This document shows, piece after piece, positions 37,325-50,568 of a stretch of 64,000 bases of DNA. Every line of letters begins with the position of its first letter. Positions within the stretch are counted from its first letter, which is position 1. The notes beneath the pieces were generated by a model, which saw only the letters and a program-made list of their open reading frames with translations, made no database searches and was not told the DNA's origin. The DNA lies in assembly GCF_030684315.1 (NCBI RefSeq), contig NC_081384.1, forward strand, positions 4,135,829 to 4,199,828, written 5' to 3'. This DNA comes from Stegostoma tigrinum. Taxonomy: Eukaryota. The position numbers were made by a program, and so were the translations under genes.

Positions 37325-38130
37325 TTTGAGGAATAATGTTAGAGGAATCAGTGCTAGACCCAAAATACTTTACCATAGATATTAATGATTTGGATGAGGA
37401 ATGTAACTTGGTCAAGTTTATGGATGACACAAAAATTGGCAGAAAGGCAAGTGATGAGGGTGACACAAGAGTCTGCAGTGGGATGTGAACAGGTTAAGCA
37501 AATGGACAAAAACTTGGCAAATGGATTAAAAGGAAGGATAATTGAGGTTGTGCACTGTATCAGGAAGAATAGAGGAGTTGAATATTACTTAAATGGAGAA
37601 AGACTGAGGAAAGCTACAGAACTGAGAGATTGGCGAGTTCTCATGCATGGATCACAAAGAAGTTGTCGTTGAAATTCATAACAGGTAATAGGGAAGGAAA
37701 ATGGAATGTTAGCTGATATTTCAAAGGGAACTGAGTATAAGTAGGGATGATTTTGCTTAAACTGTACAAAACACTAATCAGAACATAGCTATAAGCAGTT
37801 TTGCGCACTTGATCTAAGAAAAGATGCTGAAATTGGAGACAGCCCAGAGAAGTTCACTGGGCTAATCCTGAGTATGGAGGGGCTGCCTTATGAGGAGTAG
37901 TTGAATAGTTTGGGCCTACAATTACTGGCAGCCTTTTTGAAACATATAAGATTTTTAGGTGACTTCACAGGTTAGATACAGAAAGGCTTTTACCCTTTGT
38001 AGGAGGGTCTAGGACCAGACAGCATAATGTCAGAATAAAAGGTCACACATTTAAGACAGATGAGAAAGAATTTCATCTCTGAGAGGGTAGTGAATCTGTA
38101 GAATTCTTTACTGCCAATGGCAATCAAGGT
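37325..38130 (+). mobile_element. CR1-type LINE 3' fragment (degenerate reverse transcriptase)
   Basis: IDINDLDEECNLVKFMDDTKIG corresponds to YINDLD..KFADDTK; later EYYLNGERL and an RVVNL*NSL-type end. Contains frameshifts and stops. Confidence 0.85.
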
Positions 38131-39999
38131 TTTTTCAGCACCACTGTTAACAACAAAGCATATCACAAGAATGTTAACTGTTAGTCTTATGAATATAACC
38201 ATGCCTTATTTTTGTTGTGTACAAATTCTATAACTTGGCCCCTCCAGATTCCCCTCCCATCCCCCACCCAGTTACCAGAAAGTTGTGCTGCTTGTTTTAC
38301 AAATTTGAGGAAAGAGAGTATTGTACAATTTGGAATTCCAGATATCCTAATTACTTAAAGCGGTGAAGATTATTCAGACTTGGTTGAACCCAAAATCATA
38401 TATTGTTAATGCCACGCCCAGGATAGACAAATACGACTGATGCTGGATCAAGTCAATCTTTCCTTCAACTGTTATGGTAGGTCGAAATTAAGCTTGGACA
38501 TTTAATTGCTTTTCATCAGCCCCCTCTTCCTTGCGCATTTCCTATGCTAAACATCACAAATTCTGACTTCTGCAAATATGGTTTACTATGGGCTGTGAGT
38601 CTGGTGTCAGTCTCAACTTTATTCTTATTGTAATTTGATTTCTTAAATGTGGACCTTGCAAAATTGTGAAGTCAAGTATTTCAGTTACACAATGGAAAAT
38701 TCAATATGTTATGAATCAGGAATGAATATAGTGTTGCAGAAATCTTCAAAATGATTCTGGTTAACTTTGTGGAACAGAAATACTCACTGAAACAGAATTG
38801 AGAGTTGTTTAACTTTTATGCAAAAAATCAAATATGCACTTTCAAAAATTTTGGATGAGCAAAAACGGTACGTTTTTCCTGGTAGGAACATGCAATAAGT
38901 TGCTGCAAAAACAAATTTCAACTGCATGGCCAACAAATATTCATTACTAGGTGTCACATATTTTACTATGTTCCAAAAGGCGCCACAACATAAAGTCCAT
39001 GAGACAGACCCCATAATGAAAATTTATGTAAACATGGCAATTATTGGACAAAATAATTCATAGATTAATAATTACAAAGCTGCTCCCTTTGCATTTATGC
39101 TGACAGAGATTAAGAATCACTCTAATTCCTTGGCTCAACATCAATTAGCCCTAGAGGTAATGGCACATTCGTCCTTTTGATATAATAAAGTGTTTATGTC
39201 ACAAAGCGTACCTGGTGTGCCCTGTTCTTATGACTGAAAGCATGCATAATAAAACAGTTAATGTGAAAAAAGTGATAAAATACCAGCATCTCCATGAATG
39301 TTCAACTTCAAAGAGCATAAAGAATTTTTTGCATCCTGATCTAACATTTTGTGTGCCTCTATCTTTTAATAGCATGGTCACAGGCACAACTTCAACTTAC
39401 CAGGGTGACCACTTGATCGAGAAAAATTGGTATATGTAATGTCAAAGAATTATGAATAAAATTTAAAAGAGAAATGCAATACATTTATCAATAGTTGTAT
39501 AATGTTTAACACAAAACCTACTTGGCATAAGTTACAATTAAGAAGCTTGGACTGCAGGTGTCAACTTGGTAATTAGCTCTGTTAGAGCTAGAACCTGAGC
39601 CTTCTTAATTGTTTGTTATAATTTTATGTCCATGCATAATTAAGTAGGTCCATCAGATACATTTTTAAATATGCTGCGCATAATTTGTCTACAATTCCAA
39701 GCTATCACCTGTGCAATGGACCCCTGTTCATTGCAATCAAGTGAAATTCATGAGTTATGAATGTCCAGATAACTTTAATACATCTGAGAATATAATTATT
39801 GTGTCTCTCCAGTGGTGTTTTTGAAACACATGGTAATGCTGCAGTATTTAATGATTATAATCCCAGCTCATCAAGATGCATTAAATTATATAAGGGTTGT
39901 CTACTTAGTCATATTAAAGTGCACTTTTGTATATTACAGAGTTGAAAACTTGCTTCTGTAAGTATTATTAAAGTATGGACCTTGAATTAGAAGTGTGTA

Positions 40000-41480
40000 G
40001 AAACCACAGCACAAGAAAGGCCAACTGACCTATGAAGACAATGGTATCCCACGTGATGACGAACTTTTGCCATTCAGATGTATATCTGTTCCCCAATTCA
40101 CTTTGACTGATATTTACATTTGACGTTAAATTCAGCAACGTTACCTGCTTCAGTCTCTCCACGTGGCAACAAATTCCAGATCCTCACCATTTGTTTTGTA
40201 AAGATTTGCTATTAGGTCCTTTATCCTATCTATTTGTGACTATCATTTTCTGCCTGAGCTCACAAGGAGGATATTTGTCCACCCTATTTGAATTTTCCAA
40301 ATTGCCAAGTCTTTATTCAGACTCCTCTAAATCTCAGATTTTTCTGAGAAATTAAATTCAGAGCCTTCAAAATCACCTAGAAGGTATGCATTCCTAATTG
40401 CAATAAAATCCCTATAAATCTTTTCTGAACTTCCTCAAGTGTTTCAATTGCATTTTTGTATTATGAGAAGAAGATTTCCATATTCCAAATTTGATCTAAC
40501 AATGGTTCCACAATAAATTATAATTTTTTCTATTCTATTTTTGTATTTTATTCTTCTACAAATGCACACAATACTTCATATATAATATTTGTGATGATAT
40601 GAACCTGTTTTGCTACTTTAATATTGCATGTATCTAATATTCATTCCATTATTTGTTAAACAGTACCATTTTTATCATTCTTTCATGAAAATGTATCTCT
40701 TTATGATACTTACACAAAAGAATTACTCCATGATCATCTAAGTTAAATCTCAATTGATGCTTTTCCAACTAATCTGCAATTCTCTTCGCATTTTCCTGCA
40801 TCTTGCACTTTATCCATTATACCCTACAATATAGAACTCTCTGAATGTGTCGACATTTTCTGGAAATACTGTGTAAATGGAAATCAGCTATCCAAAAAAT
40901 TCATGCAGGAGCCCACTTCCTAGATTCTGCCAACCTGAAATGTTTCATCTAACTTTATTTTGCGTGCTGTAGAAATTTTCAGTTCAGTCAGCTCCCTGAC
41001 ACTGATTCCAAACAACCTGATCTTTTTCAAGTTTCTTACTAGCACCAAACATTCAAAGAGTTAGAGAAACCACTTCCTTGCATTTATTGTAACACTTCAA
41101 ATAAGTTAACAAGGTATTTTGAACAGATTATCCTTTTGCCTATAGTATCTATCTTGCAATGTAATTTTCTGGCAAAGATTATTGTACCATTCCTACCAGC
41201 GACATTAGGATATAATTTTTATTTGCTGTCATCAATTGTTCTCTTGATTAGTTCTAGCTCTATGTTTGAAGATAGGAATTGCATTTGTTAGCAACAATTC
41301 TACATCCACTGTACAATTTCCTGTAATTTTCTATTCAGATTTGATTATTAGCAGCCCTATTATCTTCTCTCCAATTTAGTTGAGTATTTTTATGCATAAT
41401 CCATCTGGAACTGGGGGATTGTCATATTCAAGTTTGCTGAGCTTGTCATTCTCTCCAAGTCATCTATTGTAATAACATGA
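40000..41480 (-). mobile_element. Highly decayed CR1-type LINE remnant
   Basis: Minus-strand peptides DNPPVPDGL (~41400-41425, cf. KSPGPDG) and MVRIWNLLP (~40165-40190, cf. RVVNLWNSLP) occur in the expected order. Boundaries approximate. Confidence 0.55.
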
Positions 41481-41583
41481 GGCTTCATTGAACTGACATT
41501 GCAAAATAGACTTCTGTATTAGTGCATGATACAAAACGTGCAAGCTTCCTGTTCTTGGAAACCTTGGTAAGATTGTACATCAC

Positions 41584-41840
41584 AAAATCAGAAATTAGAA
41601 ATTGCTGGGAAAACTCAGCAGGTCTGACATCGGCTGTGGAGAGAAAGCAGAGTTAATATTTCAGGTCCAGTGACGCTTCTTCAGATCACATCTTCAGACC
41701 ATTCTTCAGAATTGGGAAGGCATGCTTTCTAGATAAATTCTGAAGGGTCACTGGACACAAAACATTAACTCTGCTTTCTCTCCACAAATGCTGTCAGACC
41801 TGCTGACAGTTTCCATCAATTCCTAATTTTGTTTCTGAGT
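41584..41840. mobile_element. Fold-back (inverted-arm) repeat, older PLE-terminus-like family
   Basis: ~100-bp imperfect inverted arms: cagcaggtctgac..gtggagagaaagcagagttaat..tccagtgac and gtcactgga..attaactctgctttctctccac..gtcagacctgctg. Confidence 0.8.
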
Positions 41841-44740
41841 TCTAGCACACAGTTTTTAATATACCTAACCATGATTGTCTCATAAGGAATTCCTCAAAGA
41901 CTCAAATTCAAAGAAATGAGGAGGAGAGGGGAATAGTTTATAACTTTGTCTCTCCACATTGGAAAATATTCATTTTATCCATTCAGTTTGAATATTCTGC
42001 TGACAAAAGCCTCAAATCTTTACTCTTAATTAAAGGAAGAGAACAGATAATACTTTTCCTTATTCTATGTTTGGAGGGTTTATTGTGTTAACACTACTGT
42101 TTCCAGTGTCCATCAAGACCTGGAATTCAAATGAAAAATTGCTATCAAGCAATTAAGATTTTTAATTTAAGCCCAATTTAGCGTGCAGTGTAAATAATTC
42201 TTTCAGACAATAATTATCTATCATGATTGGAAGAGAAAATCCTTATTGTCAAACGATTTTGCCTTTTTGATACTATTACAGTCACAATAATCATAATAAA
42301 TTGCTCTTTTTCCTAATAAGGGAGGAGTTGAGTTAGAATTGCTATTCTGTGCTGAAATTAATAAGAAAACTCTGGAATTAGGCATGTTTAAATCTGGGCC
42401 GAATCCTGCCCTATTTTGCGACATTTATACATCTATATACACAATCTCATGAAGAAAACAAGAACCATTGTGCCATGCTGATATATTTTGGTCAAATAAA
42501 TGCTGAATATATATAAGTAATATATGGCGTCCGTGATGAATATGCAGCATCAGGAAGGCAGAACAATCGTCATAACCTTTTCCGCTTCTGTGTATCAATG
42601 TTGCATAGAATTACCGGCATTTAAAGCCCACCATTGTGTTTTGGGTGGAGGATTGTGGTGGAGGGATAATATGTTGTATTGAATAAAGCTTGAAGTTTTT
42701 TTTAGTGATAAAGAGAAAATGATTAACTTTGTACGCTTCTAGTGCTTCATTCCCTGTGGTGTCTCCACCAGTTCAGGCCTGAAATACAAATTTATCGGTA
42801 GTGATTAATCTTTAAAGGTTAGGCTTTTTTAAACGAAGACCAGGGATTTGAATATATGAGCCAACTCGTGCATTCGTATTCAGATTATCTGTTACACTCG
42901 ATTTAATGTGTTTTAAGACTCGATGAACAACTGTGGCGGCTTTTATGTTGTAAGCGTTTAAAGTTTACTTAAAACCTGAATGGCCTTCAACATCGGGTGC
43001 AAACTAGAAGGCGAACTGATTTGTTTAGTTTTTAAAAATCTTCACAGGTGGAGATTCAGCGCCGTGTAAATGTTGTTTAAACCCATTAAAAACTTGTCGC
43101 AGAATATGGGCTGTGACTACTTTGAGAGTGGGTCTGATGTGGGGGTTGGGAGGGAACTGCATTGGTGGGGGATGGGGGCCGTATTCCGCAGTCTGCTAAA
43201 GTTGGAGTCCACCGCATAGTGTGTTCAATTCTGTCGACCTGAAAAGAACAGCAGTTTGTTTCAGACCGAAACTGGACTTGTCAGCTACTTTCTGTAACTT
43301 ACTCACTAATAAGAGGAATGTCAACATAACGCGTCGGCTACAAACTCACGGAATAAACGCTGTGTTGCATCTTTGTTTATGTTTAGTTGGACGATCTCTT
43401 TCTTTTTGTAGCCCCAATTTTGATGTTTTAGAAGGACCGCTGCCTCTGTCTCTTCTTCCGTCAGCCGGTTGTCTGATGGCACATAAAATTTATACAGACA
43501 GGCAATAAATTGTCTGGCTGCTGGGTGCGCTCCTATGCAACGCCTTGCAAACTCATGGGTTTTAAAATGCAGCAGCATGTGATACCTTAGCATCTCCCCA
43601 TATTTAGAATTTGTAATCTCTTGGATATATTTTGGAAATGCTTACTTGCTTTGGCTTATTTGAACTTTGCTGATTTGGTGGATAGATATTTTTAAACAAC
43701 TCTGGACAAAATAAACAAGGGCACTGTGAAAGCAAACTGTCCTTGATCATGGATGTTTCATGCTGTGTTCACAAAACCTGAAGTATCATTAAATAATTTA
43801 AGTTGTAAATATTCGGCCTGTGTAGGAATTCCAGATTGTAAAATATGGTATTGATAAATTAGAAGAAACGTCTTGCTGGAATTTCCTTGCCTCTTCTAAC
43901 GTAATGAGCAGTTTATGACCGTATCTGGGGCGATTGGCTGCAAATGAGTGAACTCCTCTTGTTATTTCTGTCGCGCAATTGTTTTCCCTCCTGTAGTTTC
44001 TAACCTTGAAACGGTTCCAGACTTAAACTTTATTTCCTGGACGCATTCCTCTGTGGAACTTGGTTGTCGCTCATTCAGGAGCGGATGTTTATTCGAGTCG
44101 AAGTCTAAGGCGCTGGAAATGCAAGTAAAGATTCGATTCGGTCGAATTTTCGCCCCGCAATCTTTTTTTGGCGAAGTGGTTCATAGAAAAGGTTCTATTT
44201 TAGGTGAGGGACATGTTTAATTAGTATATGTGAAGCTGCATTACCAAATTTCATTGACAATAAACATACAAAGCTATCTAAATGGAAAGGGATTAGCTTC
44301 TGGCGGTGCAGAGTTTCAGCTGCCTCACTAAATCCAAGACAGGACTGAAGACTGAAATGCATACCATTCATTTTTTGGTTTCATTTTTTTCATATGCATC
44401 ACAGGACAATGTATCGCGTCTCATTTTACTCTTGTCGTTCGACGTACTGAGGCATGTCACGTGTGATGTGATCTGATGATCGCGTCAAAATTGCAACATT
44501 ACTGGTACCAAGCACTTTGGGATCCAACATCCTAAAGTCTGCCCCGTTTTTAAAAAAAATACACGCTGTTGATATATTTCACTTCTGTGTTGGCTGTGGT
44601 GTCGACTTAAAGTGACACACATCTAACGACAGAACACATCTTGCGCCAAGCTACTTCTAATGAATCGATCTCATCTTTTGAAACTAAGAACTATTTGAGT
44701 ATATGTGAAGGCCTGTTGTAGGCGTCTGCATTTAAGTACA

Positions 44741-44825
44741 AAAAAGGGCCTCGACCCTAAACGTCCGGTTCCTCTGATGCTGCTTGGCCTGCTATGTTCA
44801 TTCAGCTTCACACCATGTTATCTCA
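44741..44825 (+). mobile_element. Degenerate PLE-terminus fragment
   Basis: aagggcctcgaccctaaacgtc..gatgctgcttggcctgctatgttcattcagcttcacacc is similar to 50435-50515. Confidence 0.65.
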
Positions 44826-44912
44826 TCTTGACATATTATTGCCAATTCACTAAATATCTATTTGAAAATATGCCACAATTATTTATTTTCACTAAATTGT
44901 TTGCCAAACTAC

Positions 44913-45114
44913 ACGGTTTTGTTGATAATAAAATGTGAGGCTGGATGAACACAGCAGGCCCAGCAGCATCTCAGGAGCACAAAAGCTGACGTTTCGGGCC
45001 TGGACCCTTCATCAGATGCTGCTGGGCCTGCTGTGTTCATCCAGCCTCACATTTTATTATCTTGGATTCTCCAGCATCTGCAGTTCCCATTATCTCTGAT
45101 ACGGTTTTATTGAT
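44913..45114. mobile_element. Fold-back PLE-derived insertion with hammerhead-like core and 14-bp TSD
   Basis: TSD acggtttt(g/a)ttgat at 44913-44926 and 45101-45114. Perfect 48-bp inverted arms 44924-44971/45014-45061. Minus-strand CTGATGA-agggtccaggccc-GAAACGTC at 45015-44988. Confidence 0.9.
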
Positions 45115-48100
45115 TGTGATTTTGATTTAAAATGTCATTTCAAGGTGACTTGAACAATCTGTCCTCCCAAAGTACAGTAGTTAATTTGTACCAGTCTGGC
45201 TGTTTAATAATAATTTTAATTACAAGTCTATTGAGACATAGTTATCCAACCAAAAATGAATACGCCGTGTTCCAGTGAGAGTATGCGAGTATAACGTTGA
45301 AATTGCCATTGTTCTGCCAATCAAGCATGTGGAATGTGGCATAAATGTAGTTATTTATTTTGTTTTGAAATTGAAGGCAAAACTGCAATAATTGCTTTGA
45401 AACATGGATCACCTCAATAACTTATTTACACCATTCGAATTGTGTTCAACGTGAAATAAGTTTTCCCTTTCACTTTACAGACTCGCTTCATTCCAACACT
45501 CCGACATAGCAAAACATCGAAGAAAAACGCTTCACTTTTCAACATGAGGAGTTGACTGAGAACACATTGTTTAGAGGTTTTCACATACCCGAGCCTTTTT
45601 CTCTTACGGGTCGCCAGTAAAACCTTGTAGTTAACTGGGTTCTCGAAAATAATTCACAAAAGACTGTTTAAAAAATTGTTGGCCATAATATCGATTTAAA
45701 GCTCAGTTCTGTTTTATAGTTTTTCAAGAGTTTGTTGCAGGTTTGTATCTTAAACACGAGAAATGTGAAATTAACAAATATATTTGTTTGCAAATCACCG
45801 AATAAACACAGAAATGCATAATACTGACTACTAATTAGCACAATTGCAGGACTATATTAGGGGCCCAGGTGAGCTAAAAATGTTACAAATGTTCACCGTC
45901 GAAAACAGTTGATGTGTATATATTAACATAAAAACATTTTTAATTAACTGCCAAACAAATTACTGTGGTTAAGGCTCGTTTCTCAATGCACGTAAGTGCT
46001 CCCTCAGTGAAAAGCTATCGTTATTTGATATTCATAGGAAAACGCATTTAACTATCAAACGTTAACAGGCACAATGTATACGGAATGACCACTTCTAGTA
46101 TGGTCTTAAAACACAAATTTATATCTTTGTCCAAATGCGTGCAAAACTTCCCTGCCAGAAGACATTTTTCACCTACGCACTGTTTTTTCTTCACACATCT
46201 GCCTCCATTTTGCAAAAAAAGATGCACCTACTTGTAAAATAATCACTTGCAGAATCTCTCAAAAGTTATAATTGTGTATAATTTTACTTTTGATGAAACT
46301 TTTAAAATGTAATATAAGTTCATCACGGCGCGACAACGAGAATGTTGCAAATTGCATTCCACAGATGTGGAAAGAAAAAACTAATTAATTCCAGAATTAT
46401 AGCCTTCGTGAAAATATATCGACAAATAATCCATCACCACAACGTTATTTTCCGAATTTGTTAGTTTTTAATCTAGCCTTAAAATAAAACAGGATTAACT
46501 GGTTTACTACGTATTTATTAATAGAAACTAGTACAAATAGAAATACAAGAGCAAGACTAAAAAAATGAGGTTTGTCCGGAAAGAAAATGAGAGTATCTGG
46601 ATGTACGTAGGACGATGGCGACAAAGGGCAAGTTAATCGTTGGTAAACATCTGAAACATTCGTCCGCGTTTTAGTATTCGCAATTTGCTTGATGCTCTGT
46701 ATTTATAACAATTTTACCTTTCCTTTAAATTTATGATGTTTGCCCAACATTTTCCGTTTGGATGAAGCTCTTTTGCAAAAAATAATTTTTTGAAGCTATA
46801 GATTTTCATAAACGGTAACAGCTAACGTTAAATGTTCTGCAAACGCGTCAAAACAATTGAGTTTATCACATACGCAAAAGGACAGATTAACATGACAGGT
46901 TTAATTTGCATTTTTAACGGTTACCTAAGCGACTCGAAAAAAGGCACAGTGTCATTTTAAGATCGGTAGTCCCGAACTTGGTTTTTCTCCCGATGGCTCG
47001 TATAATTCTACCGCGAATGGGGAAGGGGGCACATTTCACAAAATAAGATTTTCTTTCTCTTAACCGAAGCATGAATTGAAATAAATTCGTTTCCCTTTAT
47101 GTACACCGCATGAAGCAATTCATACGTCTATTCCCAAAATGCTTATTTTCGACGGGGTTACAGTATTTTTAAGGTGCTAGGTAGCAATGCGAATTTTCCG
47201 TGACTTTATTTTAATAAACAAAAGCAACCTGTCTACAAAACAAATCTCAGCCCTTTTCTTTAAAACAGTGGTTCTTGTTCTATATGCACAATTGGATTTT
47301 AATTATTGACTCATTCAGAACAACCTGTCCCTTAAACCGCGAACTGCTCCGGACGAGTTGATGCTCCATGGAAATTGTATCCGAGAACAAGATTGCAGGC
47401 AATTTCCCCAATTCATACAAACTAAATGCTTTCTTGCCCATCCCTAGTAACACGAATGAAGTGGGGTGAAATGTAAACGAATCCACGGGGTATAAATTCC
47501 AGCGTCGGCGGACTGCGGCTGTCCATAACAACCGCATGAAGCTCAATGTCAAAACTGCACAGATATCATTTTCAAAGTCGATGGCTAGAGTAAAAACGGT
47601 TGTAAACCGGTATATTATGTTTTGTAAAGTGATCAAGGTGAAAACCACTGTCCTTCATGTATTTCAGGCCAAAGTCTCCAAATCGTTAAACAAGGACGTC
47701 CATTAGAAAATCATTAGGGGATGCCAAAATATGGCTTTAAGATTCTGAAAACGATAGAAAGGTGGAAGAGATGGACATCAGAAGTTGTTCGGTTCTGGAA
47801 ACGGAGCGAAGCGCAAGGAAAAGTTATGAATAAGTTTCGAGACTGTAGGGAAGGAGAATAGTGTCAGGATACACATACCGGAGCTTAGAAGAAATAAACA
47901 AGAGAAGTTCACAGATACAATTATCATAGCAAAGAGACAGACAGACAAATATTGTAAAGGACATGATGAACAAAGTACTCACTGTTATTAGGTTTATATT
48001 CTACACGGGAAGCAATCTAGGACAAAAATGCCGATGTGATTCAATTCACAGCGTACAGGGATGAACTTGAGACAGCATTAACAGAAGCTGAAGGCGTTAG

Positions 48101-50401
48101 CGTTCATGCAATGTGTGCACATATTAACTCTTGCAGTACTCGAATTTCCATTTCCCAGTTTGCGTTGGATGCATAAGTCATATTTTACACCTATACAATT
48201 TCCGGACTTCGGTCGCCATTTCGAAGACGTTGCGAAACTATAAATAGTCAATATTTCCGTTATTTTGTAATAAATGTCAATATCCGCAGTATCTCTTTAG
48301 CTTATGACACATGCAATTATCGTAAACTCACACACAAGTACGGGAAGCCTTTACGCATGCAAATTTATACAATACCTTACACATACTAACGTGTTCCATC
48401 TGAAACGCTTAAATATATACAAACACAGCAAAGATACTTGCTCTCAAGAAGGTCGTGAACTTAGAATACATATCTACTGTGACACATAAAGAGATAGATA
48501 CGCAAACAGACCAGCAAACACATAGCTGTTTCAGTGACATCTCTGCTAGTAATGTTAACGTGAAGGATACAACCTTCAAACATGAAAGTTATGGAGGGAA
48601 AAATAATTGCAACTTGAAACGGATGATTCCGGAAACATTCACCAAGGAAGATAACACATAAAACATTCTATTCCTAACACATTTTGTGAATGAACTTGTA
48701 GTTAGCACAGCAGGGCTACTTGTCGGATTAAAAGAATTTAAACAAGTTACTTATTTGGGTGAAATGCCGTCCATCCTCCGAATTTGACTCCACCAACAGA
48801 AGAAAGCCAGGTCTTTGCCATTATTGTCAAGCACTGGATACTTCTGGGGTTTATCGGATTTTTGTAGTGCATGCATTTTAAAATACTTTCACATCTGACG
48901 ATCGTCAGATATTGAGAAAAACTAAACAATGAAGGCATTTCAGATAGAAAAGCTGGAGAACTGATCACAAAGCAACATTGGCAAACACACACACACAATT
49001 TTGGATTTTATCTTATAATCTGACAATATCTCAATTTAATTGAATTATCACAGTGTTAAATAAGTGATATGCACTGAATTACATTGAAACACATTCACTG
49101 TTGTAACATACGCGTATTTTAGTGCGAAGAACACGGCGTAAATAGTTCCATTATGCGGACAGCTTCCCTACAATGGCGAGCATACTCTTGAAACATTGAC
49201 GAATGCACTAGCAAAGGTCTTTTAATTCAGTGAGGGATTTAGTAGAGTTGATGTACATTTTTACTTTATCGAGACTATGTTCGATACCCTTTTGTTGGCT
49301 AAGGCATCGCAGGAATGAATTAAAGACTGGTAATTGGATTTCAGCGATAACTAATTTAAATATTCGGAACAGGCTCGATCGGCTGAATGGCCTATGGCGG
49401 AGTTGCAGAATTTTAAACATTTCTGAGTTATTTGAATATGTTAGGGAAGTAATAGTGAAAGGCCAGGGCATTATTTATGTGGGAAATCACAGAAAACTTT
49501 CGAATGCTTTCCAGACCGAAAGTTTTTATTCATTTAAAACAATGCAGCGGAAAACAGAAGGGAGAACCATTGATTTAAGATAGGAAACAGAATGTTCGTC
49601 AACTGGGGAAGCTAGAATCATTCCACGAGATAGCGAAATTTCAATTTATACTGGTTATCCTGGTGTGGAAAATAATCAGGTTTGATGAATAGGAAGCAAA
49701 GTTGAAAGAGATTTGAAGAAACGTCAACTTCAGTTGCTAAACTCAGCAGGTGAATGCAAAAGTAGTCGGGACACGAACAGCGTTGCATTACCCTTCGTAG
49801 ATGTGCAACGTTTGAAACTAGTAACATGATAGTTGGGCGATGTTAAACTGTTAACATTAGAAAGCTTCTTCTTTGTAGAATAGCAAACCCAACAATATTT
49901 GGAAGCGTATAACCTGAGCCCCATTGTAATACTTTTACTCATCGTACTGTTAAAATAATCCAAAGCAACTTCGTTCCTTACGAGAGTCATATAAATACAT
50001 GGGCACTGCACAGTTTCGTATCTAGTATTCAATGCCTGAAAATTGTCACAATAGGGCAGATACAACCATGATAAAAGTAAAAACAATGTGTATATAATCA
50101 TTCAATACGCGATCTGCGCAGAGCTGTCTATATTATTTCATTTTATGCATACATGGAGATGTCTAAACAGGTTCTATTGCAATTTTAATTTAGACAAGAG
50201 ATTGAAATTGAGATCGCTCTTAGCCCTATGTGAGCCCTAATAGCAGCGTTAGAAATTAACTGAGGAGCGAAAGTCAATCGGCCACTCCATAAGTCTAGGC
50301 CATTCAGCAAAACAATGTGCTGAAGATAGTGTATTGCCAGATTTTTATCTAGAAATAAATCTTTAGAAAGTAAATTGAGTCCCTACCGTGTACAGATTAG
50401 G

Positions 50402-50568
50402 TATCATTCGGAGTCTGATGAAGACTCTCTGATGAAGGGTCTAGGCCCGAAACGTCAGCTTTTGTGCTCCTGAGATGCCGCTTGGCCTGCTGTGTTCATC
50501 CAGCCTCACATTTTATTATCTTGGATTCTCCAGCATCTGCAGTTCCCAATATCTCTATCATTAGGAGT
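50402..50568 (+). mobile_element. Short PLE-terminus insertion with hammerhead-like core and 13-bp TSD
   Basis: TSD tatcatt(c/a)ggagt at 50402-50414 and 50556-50568. CTGATGA-agggtctaggccc-GAAACGTC at 50429-50456. Confidence 0.88.
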
